The notes beneath the pieces are model-generated. The model was not told the origin of the DNA. It searched no databases and worked only from the letters and a program-made list of their open reading frames with translations. A stretch of DNA of 64,000 nt from an uncultured virus (IMG/VR IMGVR_UViG_3300024261_000008). Its lineage: Duplodnaviria > Heunggongvirae > Uroviricota > Caudoviricetes. Each line of letters starts with the position of its first letter. The first letter of the stretch is position 1. The stretch lies in IMG/VR virus record IMGVR_UViG_3300024261_000008, positions 1 through 64,000 of that record, one strand, 5' to 3'. A program made the translations under genes and the position numbers. Shown here piece by piece: positions 48,758 through 58,281 of this stretch.

Positions 48758-51700
48758 TGAGCACACTATTTTTTGATGGCTTTGACAGAGCGTATAATGA
48801 TCCAATCTTAGACCCAAAATATTGGTCGCAGGAACACATTGGATCAAACACAGAGGCTTCAAGCCCTATGTATTGTTTTGAAGGAAATGTGATTCAGTCC
48901 GGCAACAGAGGAAGTAAAGACTATCCCACTCGAAGAATTAACGGACACGGTTATTATCCTTCTACTTATCCATTTAGACTTATTACCTATCACATATCTC
49001 CTTTTGCAGCCGAACTGCCTTCTGGTCAACACTATAGCGTTTGGAATGCATATCCGGGCGTAGGCAATGCTCCGGGCTACGTAACACTAGTCAATGTAAA
49101 CGCTAGGAATGAATTTGATCTTTCTCCTATAGACTATATAGCACTTACAGGTTTTGACAATGTAGCTGAAGATGCTACTTCAGCATATGTGGGATGCAGG
49201 TTTTTAGGAATAGAAACGAAAAGTCTTGATTTTGTTTCTAATCCAGACCGCTTCGGAGACAAACACCCATTGATGGCTTTCGTTAGCGGTAATCAAACAG
49301 GTGTGCTATTAAGTGTAGTCAGAGTTTCTGGTAATTGGTTCCGTAACCAGAAGATAGACGATGGGCTTTCTCCTATAACTATGGGTTTACAAGTAGAACA
49401 GAATGGTAGAGTTAGTGGAATATTTGATCTAAATGTATCTTCACTCGTTGACGATTTTCAAATACGTTCTATTGCAGATGTAGATGGTCCCAATACCATG
49501 AATGTAAACACTGGAAAAGTATTAACAATAACTAAAAATCCTCCACCTGTTCAAAGCCAAGAGAATCAGAACTGTACACTTTCTAGATGGGCTATGATCA
49601 ATGTAGAAATACAGTATGACCCAACACCGCTCATTTCTGTACAAGTAGAAGGAGTAGACTGTGTGGCTATACCGTTAGATGATTCTAGCGTAGATATATC
49701 AGACAGGTCCGATCCCAATCTTAGTTTTGAGATAGAAATTGAGCCTGTACCTTTTAATAAAGTAGAAATTTTTAATAGATCGTATGACTCAGATATTAAA
49801 CAACCTTATTACAATAATCCTACGAACATTATTCGCTATACTAGTAACTATTATATGGGAGGTCGTCAAATGGCAATCGATGACTTACATATAAATGACA
49901 ACGCTTTACCAGAACCTACAGGCAGATTAGGCTTAGAGGCAAGAACGGTCAGGCTTTTTCCGGGCTTCCCCGAACATTATAACACAGGACTAGGTAACGA
50001 TGCTTTTTTTCCAGACGGTCTTAGTGAATGGTCTGGTTTAGATGAGGTACATGAATATATTATAGATAATACTCTGATTTTTTGCTGTGTAGAACCTCTC
50101 TCTCTAACGGGTACGTATCAAAAACGTAATTGTGTAAAAGATAAAGACTGCTTCAAAGAAGGCTTACCTTGGGAGACAGGAACTTGCGGAGGTGGTGCTA
50201 AATACATTTACAGTTATAATTCTGGAGACATACAAACTTTTCCATACTTTGCTTATACAGATGAGGCTTTCTCTAATTTTATGTATCTCAATCTGCCTTC
50301 TTATACCACTCAAGGCTGTGATTGGACTCCTGAAGGCGGCTACGAAGGCGATATGTCGCCTTTGCCTCCTCGTCCTTTACAATTTAATGCAGATAATGAA
50401 TCTGTTTGGAGAAACTATCTTGCAAGTGGAATAGGCGGCATTAAAGTATACAATGAATACAAGAACGAATTTTTACATTCTGCTTTTGAAAATGTGTTTT
50501 TTAGTCCAGATTCAGAGAATTGGCCTCCTGTTGACCTAAACAAAACAGATGCACATCTGATTTTTGATGACAGTTTGTTTAATACTACAAATATACTTAA
50601 TTCAGGAATAGCGACTACAGGAACAGAAACATTTTTTCCAGACGATAGAATGTGCTTAATAACTGGTACTGACATGATGTTTCCTGCCGATCCAGATAAA
50701 TGGTCTGTGGGCAGAGGAATAAATTTTAATGGTGGACATGTATTGCCTTACATGACTAACCTAAGTCGGTATCAGTATAATATGCAAAGGTTCGGAGTCT
50801 GTGAAGAGTGCCCCGAAACAAACGGCATAGATAGATGGAGTGGGTCAGGTGTAAATTCTGGGCAGGCTTGGACTATTAGTACATGGGTCTACTTTGAGAA
50901 CGAAGACGATATCATTCATTTATATTCTAGATTTTTTGATGATGACATTAATATTTCTGGAGGTATAGATTATATTAGAGGTATGGACAGAAACCAATAC
51001 TTATTTAATCTTGGTGACGATCCACCCGGAGACCCAATTTTTCCAGACGCATACTATCTCTCTTGCGAAAATCCACCTGACCCCAATGGTGTTTCACCTG
51101 ATCCTGCTTATTGGGACTGCAATGATTATTATACTGCTACAGGAGGAATACCTTTACTGAATAGAGAGAATAATTATGGAGAATGGCAGTTTGCATTGTA
51201 TGCTACTCGTTCAGGCATCAGACTGTCTACAATAGGTGCTGCTACTAATTTATATTATTATAGGTTTCAGCAAGACCCGCTACCCGGAACTGACATAAGT
51301 AACGAGTTCCCTCCTAATGACCCTACTAGTTTTCAAAACCTAGACAGTGTTCCTTATACACAGCAGTTTCAAGGAAGCATGGAGAATCCTATAGGATACA
51401 GAGAATGGTTCTTTAGTGGAGAAATACCAGTTAAACAATGGTGTCACATAGAAATCAACAAATCATCAGACAGGACAGTAAGAGTTTTTGCTTCTGGTTA
51501 TCCTGCAAGTGGACACCAAGTAGTAGCAGGTTCTCATGTAACCAACTGGTACAGAGGTCTTATGCAAGATATGTGTGGAGAAACTTTAACAGGGCCAACT
51601 CCTGATCTTTACAGATTTAATGCTTCTGGATTTAACTTTAACTACTACAATGCTCCCGAAGATAGGGTTCAGCCTTTTCCTTGGATAGATGTAGGCCCAA

Positions 51701-52047
51701 TATTTAATGCTATATATCCAATAGAAGGAAATACTGCAATGATCGGCTACCCTAACCCTATGATAGAAGTACCAGTTAGAGTTGGAGGTGGATATTCACA
51801 AATAGCAGATTATGTGTATGTAACTGGGGAAGCTATTCATCTTTCTCAGTACCCATTACCTTCTGTACAAGTTCCTTTGCCTAAAGACTTTTATATGAGT
51901 ACAGCAAACCCACTTACAGGCATTAACAATTTAGAATGTTCCTATGACAACTATTACTTATTTCAAGACCCTGTATCTAATGATCAATGGAGTAGCGGTC
52001 TAATTGTATCAAATTCTGGTTTCAGATTCGGAGTAAAAAAACTATGA
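48757..52047 (+). CDS. 1096-aa protein with a LamG/ConA-like lectin domain
   Basis: WTISTWVYF...WCHIEI...VRVF pattern. Confidence 0.65.
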   Translation: MSTLFFDGFDRAYNDPILDPKYWSQEHIGSNTEASSPMYCFEGNVIQSGNRGSKDYPTRRINGHGYYPSTYPFRLITYHISPFAAELPSGQHYSVWNAYPGVGNAPGYVTLVNVNARNEFDLSPIDYIALTGFDNVAEDATSAYVGCRFLGIETKSLDFVSNPDRFGDKHPLMAFVSGNQTGVLLSVVRVSGNWFRNQKIDDGLSPITMGLQVEQNGRVSGIFDLNVSSLVDDFQIRSIADVDGPNTMNVNTGKVLTITKNPPPVQSQENQNCTLSRWAMINVEIQYDPTPLISVQVEGVDCVAIPLDDSSVDISDRSDPNLSFEIEIEPVPFNKVEIFNRSYDSDIKQPYYNNPTNIIRYTSNYYMGGRQMAIDDLHINDNALPEPTGRLGLEARTVRLFPGFPEHYNTGLGNDAFFPDGLSEWSGLDEVHEYIIDNTLIFCCVEPLSLTGTYQKRNCVKDKDCFKEGLPWETGTCGGGAKYIYSYNSGDIQTFPYFAYTDEAFSNFMYLNLPSYTTQGCDWTPEGGYEGDMSPLPPRPLQFNADNESVWRNYLASGIGGIKVYNEYKNEFLHSAFENVFFSPDSENWPPVDLNKTDAHLIFDDSLFNTTNILNSGIATTGTETFFPDDRMCLITGTDMMFPADPDKWSVGRGINFNGGHVLPYMTNLSRYQYNMQRFGVCEECPETNGIDRWSGSGVNSGQAWTISTWVYFENEDDIIHLYSRFFDDDINISGGIDYIRGMDRNQYLFNLGDDPPGDPIFPDAYYLSCENPPDPNGVSPDPAYWDCNDYYTATGGIPLLNRENNYGEWQFALYATRSGIRLSTIGAATNLYYYRFQQDPLPGTDISNEFPPNDPTSFQNLDSVPYTQQFQGSMENPIGYREWFFSGEIPVKQWCHIEINKSSDRTVRVFASGYPASGHQVVAGSHVTNWYRGLMQDMCGETLTGPTPDLYRFNASGFNFNYYNAPEDRVQPFPWIDVGPIFNAIYPIEGNTAMIGYPNPMIEVPVRVGGGYSQIADYVYVTGEAIHLSQYPLPSVQVPLPKDFYMSTANPLTGINNLECSYDNYYLFQDPVSNDQWSSGLIVSNSGFRFGVKKL

Positions 52048-54614
52048 GTATTTCACAGACCATAAATGTAGCAAATTTAGGACAAGTAGTAACTAACGCA
52101 GGAGGAATCACATTTGCTGTAGCAACTCCTACTGGTACACTAGGTGCTATATCAACTCTTAATGTTGATGGCTTAAGCGTTAATACTGGCCTTAGATCAG
52201 TGCTTGTTAATGTTCCTTGTTCTGCTTATCAAGGTTCTTTAAATAGTGCAAGTTTTAGCTTTCGCACATTCAGGTCTTCTATTTATTTAAGTGCAGAGGG
52301 TAGGCCTCCTTTTGCTTTTGTAAATACTGAAGATCAACTTTTTAATTTGCAGTCACTTGCTCTCGAAAACGGCCTTAGAGTTGATGACTATGTTATATTC
52401 AATGCTGATGATCCCTTGTCTGATTATAAGATAGGAGATGCCGCACTTTTTATCGGGCCTATTGCCGAACCTCCTGCTGAGAATGCTTGGGTTAGATATC
52501 CCGGTGGTATAACTAGTGCTCCTATAAACCCATCTACCCCTGTTGCTTCAACCGGAGTTAAAGTAGATGGTAAACTGGTTACTAATGACACGGCCCTTCC
52601 TAATAACGCAGGGGCTTGGAACATTATGCCGAAAACTGAAAGTAGCTACAGCTACGACATATCAGCTAATGGCTTTATTAATATAGATGTTACAGATGTT
52701 GTTAAGGAGATAACAGATCAGCCTCTTTGGGAAAAGAATAATCAACTATCTATAATTTTTGAACCAGAAGGCAATGATGGGGACTACCTATTTGACATGG
52801 GTGTAAGTTCAAGTCAGTTTACATTTACGACAGACCACAACCCCGTCCCACCATTTAAACCACAAGATATTCAGATTCAATCAGAATATCGAGCATTGGC
52901 TGTCACTTGGGAGCCTCCACTTGATGATGGTGGTTCTCCAGTAATTGGATATGCTTTTGAATATAGGTCAGAATCAGAACAAGAATGGACTTCGACACTT
53001 GGGACTAGTGCAGATGAGCGTTACTACAATATAGAAGGTCTTACTCCGGGCATATACTACTATGTTAGAATAGCAGCAGCAAACGAGATAGGCTTAGGAG
53101 ATTGGGCTACTCCCACCACTCCCGAAAAACCAAACAATAATGCCCCGGTTCCCATTAACTCCTTGGACTTTAATAGTGCTAACCCTATTCGGGTTAGAAT
53201 TAGAAGAGACTACTCAGCAGCATGGGACGCAGCAGACCCAGTGTTAGCCATTGGAGAGCCGGGGTATGTTTTAGATACTAACTTTATGAAAGTAGGAGAC
53301 GGTCTTAGTAGCTGGACAGGATTAGGCTATGTCCAAGTCCCAGATAGTACTATTAATTTCCCTCCTCCACCAGATGTGTTTCTAAAAGTAAACGACAATG
53401 AGTTCGCTGCTTCTCCTGTAGTAGAGGTTAATCTTTCAAAAAGTCAACCTTTAACTATCAAAGCTGAAAATGGCATTAAGGCAGAATATAGCAACACCTA
53501 TAAAACTGTTACTATGTCTTTAGAAACTACTTTTAATCCTATACAAAGCGGTACGATTTCGAATCCTGAAGCATTAGGTTCTCAAGGGTCAGTCAGGTAC
53601 GACAATGAAAGAATATTTATTTGCGTAGAAGAAAACTTGTGGAAGAGAGTATTACAAGATCAGCCTTGGTTTAATGTCGTTCCAATATCTGTTAGCGATG
53701 GTGCTGGGCAATACCCAAGTAATACAGTCATATCAGCAGACGGTGCAATAGTACAAGTTCAGTCTAATGGTGATCCCTATCCAGCAAAAGCAGGTACACC
53801 TCTTGTTAATGACGGGTTGACTCCTAGAGGTGGATTTCTTGGAGGCTATATACCAGCAAGTCAAAATTATGACTTCGCTATTCTGTACAATGGTGGTGAA
53901 TCTAATAGCAATCCTCAATTAGTTTCAGAAAACCCTATCGCAGTCACAGTCAACGGAGTGGTTATCAAGTCTTCTAAATATTCTGGAGACATAGACATTT
54001 TTTCTCCTCCAAATAACTTTGAATATGACATGCCGTTTTGGACAAATTATTTTGGTATAGACGGTTGTAACGGTTTAGTATTAGATGATCTAGTTTATGT
54101 CTATTATGGAGGACGCTTCGTTAATCAGTGTTGGAACACCAATAAGTTTTATGAGTCTAATGAGTATTTTAATGACACAAACTTTGCTGGAGACTATATT
54201 AGACATAATGATGGTCACTCAAAAATCGTAGGAATAGCATTTGATGGCTATCCTATATATGGACCGTTCGGCTATTCTGACCCACTTAATACCAATTCTA
54301 ATGTAAGACGCATAGCTTCTTCTTACAGGAAACTTGCTACAGATGCTCATAGACCTAACGGATTTAAGTATAATAATTCTTATGTTATAGAAGATGTTAC
54401 ATATACTTTAATAGCCGGTGCGTTTGTGCAAGACTATCAGTTCGATACCACGTTTGGCGATTTGGATGAATATAATGGCCGATATTGCAAGACTCCAGAA
54501 TACCCGAATGGCACTTATGCATACTTTTTGACGTTCTCTGACGACGAATTGCTTTATCCTGCATATCCTTATATAATTGGTACTAGCACTAGGGAGCAGC
54601 GTAGTGTATTATAG
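52044..54614 (+). CDS. FN3 + internal Mtd_N-like + YHYH-family domain protein
   Basis: VTWEPPLDDGGSPVIGY...GLTPG..YYVRIAAAN (FN3); HSKIVGIAFDGYPIYGP...DLDEYNGR...TPEYPNGTYAYF (YHYH-like). Confidence 0.8.
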   Translation: MSISQTINVANLGQVVTNAGGITFAVATPTGTLGAISTLNVDGLSVNTGLRSVLVNVPCSAYQGSLNSASFSFRTFRSSIYLSAEGRPPFAFVNTEDQLFNLQSLALENGLRVDDYVIFNADDPLSDYKIGDAALFIGPIAEPPAENAWVRYPGGITSAPINPSTPVASTGVKVDGKLVTNDTALPNNAGAWNIMPKTESSYSYDISANGFINIDVTDVVKEITDQPLWEKNNQLSIIFEPEGNDGDYLFDMGVSSSQFTFTTDHNPVPPFKPQDIQIQSEYRALAVTWEPPLDDGGSPVIGYAFEYRSESEQEWTSTLGTSADERYYNIEGLTPGIYYYVRIAAANEIGLGDWATPTTPEKPNNNAPVPINSLDFNSANPIRVRIRRDYSAAWDAADPVLAIGEPGYVLDTNFMKVGDGLSSWTGLGYVQVPDSTINFPPPPDVFLKVNDNEFAASPVVEVNLSKSQPLTIKAENGIKAEYSNTYKTVTMSLETTFNPIQSGTISNPEALGSQGSVRYDNERIFICVEENLWKRVLQDQPWFNVVPISVSDGAGQYPSNTVISADGAIVQVQSNGDPYPAKAGTPLVNDGLTPRGGFLGGYIPASQNYDFAILYNGGESNSNPQLVSENPIAVTVNGVVIKSSKYSGDIDIFSPPNNFEYDMPFWTNYFGIDGCNGLVLDDLVYVYYGGRFVNQCWNTNKFYESNEYFNDTNFAGDYIRHNDGHSKIVGIAFDGYPIYGPFGYSDPLNTNSNVRRIASSYRKLATDAHRPNGFKYNNSYVIEDVTYTLIAGAFVQDYQFDTTFGDLDEYNGRYCKTPEYPNGTYAYFLTFSDDELLYPAYPYIIGTSTREQRSVL
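54603..54612 (+). promoter_or_regulatory. Candidate late promoter AGTGTATTAT
   Basis: 35-45 nt before the neck gene at 54647. Confidence 0.45.
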
Positions 54615-54646
54615 GGTAGTAACTTTTACCGAAAGGGCTAATAAAT

Positions 54647-55171
54647 ATGTTTGATCATTTAATAACTCCTGCTTTTAAGAACCTTTACAAAGAAGCTATT
54701 GATACGCTTATAGTCAACAGCACCAATTCTTTAACTGTACCTTGCAAGTTTATATATGACAGTGTAGAACGCAAACTGTGTCCTAATTGTGTATTTGATC
54801 CTATACAGCAAAGATCACTCAATAAGTACAACGGTAGCGGGCCAGCACCTTTTCCTGATCAGAGCATATGCCCTGTCTGTGGTGGATATGGCTTTAGCAA
54901 CATAAGGAATGAAGAGGTAGCACACATGGGTATTATATTTGACAGTAAGTACTGGATGAACTGGGGTTCTAACTCAGTTAATATTACAGAAGGCATGGTG
55001 CAAAGTTTGTCAACTATAAAACTTTTTAATCAAATTAAAAACTGTAGAGAAATGATTATGGATACTAATCTTTCTCATCTTGGTAACTATAATTATACCA
55101 GAGCGGGAGAACCTGAACCAGCAGGTCTAGGGGATCATATCTACTTAATTACTATGTGGAAAAGATTATGA
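54647..55171 (+). CDS. Probable head-closure/neck protein with a Zn ribbon
   Basis: CPNC...CPVCGG; first gene of the neck-tail block. Confidence 0.55.
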   Translation: MFDHLITPAFKNLYKEAIDTLIVNSTNSLTVPCKFIYDSVERKLCPNCVFDPIQQRSLNKYNGSGPAPFPDQSICPVCGGYGFSNIRNEEVAHMGIIFDSKYWMNWGSNSVNITEGMVQSLSTIKLFNQIKNCREMIMDTNLSHLGNYNYTRAGEPEPAGLGDHIYLITMWKRL

Positions 55172-55803
55172 AATTTGAAGTTACAATACAAGAAACAACT
55201 AACCAAATATCTAAAGAGATACTTAATGCTATTTTAAAAGAAATGTCAAAGTCTTGGTTTAAAGGCACACAGGCTATTACTAAAGGTCTACCTACAGTAG
55301 TAATAGACGGTATAAAGTCTCAACCAGAATACAGTGCTTTGCTTTCCGGTCAGTTGAAATTTGAATTTGGTCTTACTAATGCAATTACAAAAGTTGAAGA
55401 GATTATTAATATTTGGGCAAATAACATTGCACTGACAAACTCTCCTCCTAAAATACGAGGTTCGCAAATAACAGCGTCTTATTCGATCAGTATGATAAAG
55501 TCAGATTACAGCGATGTACTTTCAGCCCCTGCTGCTAAACAATTAATTGATGGAGGTAATTTACCTTGGCTAAATTGGTTATTGACCGCAGGTGGCAGTA
55601 TTTTAGTTCCGTCTTATGATGTAGAATTTGGGCCAAGTTCACGGTCTCGTACAGGTGGTGCTATTATGGTAAAAGGTGGTAGTTACCGAGTTGACCCAAA
55701 ATATGCTGGAACACTAGGGAATAATTGGATTACAAGAGCCGTTGGAAGTGTAAATAACAATATAGAAGAACTTATCACAACATCATTGAGGTCAGCATTA
55801 TGA
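55168..55803 (+). CDS. Probable tail completion/neck protein
   Basis: ATGA overlap; position; GTLGNNWITRA C-terminal motif. Confidence 0.5.
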   Translation: MKFEVTIQETTNQISKEILNAILKEMSKSWFKGTQAITKGLPTVVIDGIKSQPEYSALLSGQLKFEFGLTNAITKVEEIINIWANNIALTNSPPKIRGSQITASYSISMIKSDYSDVLSAPAAKQLIDGGNLPWLNWLLTAGGSILVPSYDVEFGPSSRSRTGGAIMVKGGSYRVDPKYAGTLGNNWITRAVGSVNNNIEELITTSLRSAL

Positions 55804-56888
55804 ATGAAGATTGTTCATGTAGTAACGACATAGGCTTTAGTAAAGTAGATGAAATAGGCCCAAGTCAGCTAATTAACCAATTAGAAGAAAATATGAAGGC
55901 ATTTCTAGACTACGGATTCCTCGATATAGGAGGTTTTGTTAATGTCCACTATTCTACTAGCGGGCTTTATGGAGGAAGTTTCGACAGATTGATGCCAAAT
56001 GCTGAACCACCTTTTACTGATGGTAGAATGTACAGAACCCCTAAAAAAGATATAGTTTATGAGTCTGGTATGTCGTATAACGGAATTTCGCCCATTCCTG
56101 TTACTGGAGTTATCATCGATAATCAGTTCATTCCCGGTCCTACAGGCAATTCTCAGCATGGGTTTACAATTAACTATCCAGAAGGCTATGTTTTATTTAA
56201 CCAGCCTTTAGATAGCAACGTAGAGGTTTACATGGCTTATTCCTACCGTTGGATACAGGTTTATAAAAGCAGTGCTAGTCCATATTGGAAAGAATTACAA
56301 GAACTTAGCTATAAACCCGGAGGTATTCATGGCGGTCCCGGTGCTGTTCCTGATTCTCACCCTAGTGATGGAGACCATTGTCCTCCTATGCCAGTGTACA
56401 ACGGCAACTGTGAATATGTCAACCCTAACCTGATAGATGCTAACGGAGCAGCACAATACACAGGCTATAGCAACTCACTTAATCATAACCTACAGATGCC
56501 CTGTATTGTGGTAGAGCCAGTAGCTAGAAGTGATGCAAAACCATATCAGTTAGGATGTGTTGATCATTGGATCGACCAAGATATTCTTTTGCATGTGTTT
56601 GCAGAAAATGGCATAGATAAAAATAGAATCTGTGACATAATTAGATTACAGAGAAATAAGACTATCTGCCTGTATGATCAGAACAAAGTGGCTAATAGCG
56701 GTGCAAGCCCTCTCAACTGGGATGGAAGCATTAATCAAAACGGCCTAAATTATCCATCGCTAGTTACGGATAACGATTATATTTTTACAAAATGCTATTT
56801 TAAAGACATTAAATTAATGGATATGGAAAGTTCAAATAAAAATTTGTATTGGTGTACAATAAGGGTAACAACAGAGGTTATTTTGTAG
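55800..56888 (+). CDS. Probable tail terminator protein
   Basis: MPCIVVE...ILLHVFAE pattern, immediately before the tail tube gene. Confidence 0.5.
   Translation: MNEDCSCSNDIGFSKVDEIGPSQLINQLEENMKAFLDYGFLDIGGFVNVHYSTSGLYGGSFDRLMPNAEPPFTDGRMYRTPKKDIVYESGMSYNGISPIPVTGVIIDNQFIPGPTGNSQHGFTINYPEGYVLFNQPLDSNVEVYMAYSYRWIQVYKSSASPYWKELQELSYKPGGIHGGPGAVPDSHPSDGDHCPPMPVYNGNCEYVNPNLIDANGAAQYTGYSNSLNHNLQMPCIVVEPVARSDAKPYQLGCVDHWIDQDILLHVFAENGIDKNRICDIIRLQRNKTICLYDQNKVANSGASPLNWDGSINQNGLNYPSLVTDNDYIFTKCYFKDIKLMDMESSNKNLYWCTIRVTTEVIL
56851..56860 (+). promoter_or_regulatory. Candidate late promoter GGTGTACAAT
   Basis: About 90 nt before the tail tube ATG. Confidence 0.45.
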
Positions 56889-56944
56889 TCAAGGCACTAC
56901 ATTCTTTTTTCCAACCAAAATCGAAATACTGGAGACAAATACTC

Positions 56945-58066
56945 ATGGCTAATAATAGAATTTTTTATGCTTGCCACAATGTTCAAATTTGCGGTCCTTC
57001 TGGAACCACAACAGCAGAGAACGAAACGTGGTATACAATACAAGGTGCTCAGAGCGTAGGCATGAACACCTCCTTTAATCTAGAAGCAGTTTATCAACTA
57101 GGTCAGTTGAGTCTTTATGATAACTATGAAGAAACTCCAGAAGTTGAAATCACAGTTAATAAAGTACTTGACGGTCAACCAACGATGTATCAAAAATCAA
57201 TGGGTCAGGGTAATCTTGCTGAACTTGCCAACAATCGTTGTGGCATTAAACTGAACATTTATCCTGATACAGACGTTCGTACTACAGGAGTACCTGTAGC
57301 CTCTGTTTTGTGTCAACCTTCTTATCTTAGTACCGTAACTTACACATTCCCAACTGAAGGTAACTTCACAGAAGAATGTACTTTTGTAAGTAATGATAAA
57401 GTATGGTTGAGGAAAGAAACTGACTATGATTGGTCTTCTGATGTTGACAGTGCTCCACAGTATCAGTCACCATCCGGTATTGGTATCATGCGTAGACAGG
57501 CATTCTCAAAAGATACTAGCATCTTTCCAACAGGAAACGATCCACTCATTCCAACACGGTTTGCTGAAAGCGGTGGAATCCCAGAAAGTATGCGTTTCAA
57601 CAACATCACTGTAAGTATGAACCTTGGTCGTGAAGAAATTCGTGAACTTGGTCGCCGTACTCCTTTCTATCGTTACATTAGCTTCCCTGTTGAAGTAACA
57701 TGCGAAATCGAATGTACTGCTAATACTGGTGATATGGTTGGTACTGCTGAAGGTGCAGATGGATGTAACACTCCTAAGTTGCTTTCAGAAAAAGAAATCG
57801 TTCTTGACTTCTGCGATGGTATGAAAATTGATCTCGGTCTTAAGAACAAACTACAAAGTGTTAACTACACTGGCGGTGATACTGGTGGTGGCAACGTGCT
57901 TATCACTTACAGCTACAGTAATTTTAATGACTTTACCTACGAAGGTCCAGACCGTGGTAAGTCTGACATTAATGCTGATGCTAGCAACTTCCAGAGCTCT
58001 GGTCCGGGTAACACAGACACCTTGACAGACGGTGAAGCAGTTGATGATGCTGCAACACCAGCGTAA
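56945..58066 (+). CDS. Major tail (tube) protein
   Basis: Start ATG 56945 with GGAG RBS; GAQSVGMNTSFNLEAVYQLG and internally duplicated NLGREEIRELG; position. Confidence 0.75.
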   Translation: MANNRIFYACHNVQICGPSGTTTAENETWYTIQGAQSVGMNTSFNLEAVYQLGQLSLYDNYEETPEVEITVNKVLDGQPTMYQKSMGQGNLAELANNRCGIKLNIYPDTDVRTTGVPVASVLCQPSYLSTVTYTFPTEGNFTEECTFVSNDKVWLRKETDYDWSSDVDSAPQYQSPSGIGIMRRQAFSKDTSIFPTGNDPLIPTRFAESGGIPESMRFNNITVSMNLGREEIRELGRRTPFYRYISFPVEVTCEIECTANTGDMVGTAEGADGCNTPKLLSEKEIVLDFCDGMKIDLGLKNKLQSVNYTGGDTGGGNVLITYSYSNFNDFTYEGPDRGKSDINADASNFQSSGPGNTDTLTDGEAVDDAATPA

Positions 58067-58114
58067 GTTGATAGAAAGTAAGATTTAGCCAAGGATAAAT
58101 AGCTCGGAGGAAAA

Positions 58115-58273
58115 ATGGACGAAGTATTTCAACACCTTGGGCGACTGTACTACGATGTGGTGCAGTCGCAAAAGGTTATCGAAAATTTAAAGCAACAACT
58201 AGAAGAAGCCAATAAAGAAGTACAGGCTTTAAAACAGGCAGGACAAACCCAAGACATACTATCAGACAATTAA
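58115..58273 (+). CDS. 52-aa coiled-coil protein (MDEVFQHLGRLYYDVV...)
   Basis: GGAGG RBS; not in the ORF track. Confidence 0.7.
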   Translation: MDEVFQHLGRLYYDVVQSQKVIENLKQQLEEANKEVQALKQAGQTQDILSDN

Positions 58274-58281
58274 GGATAACA

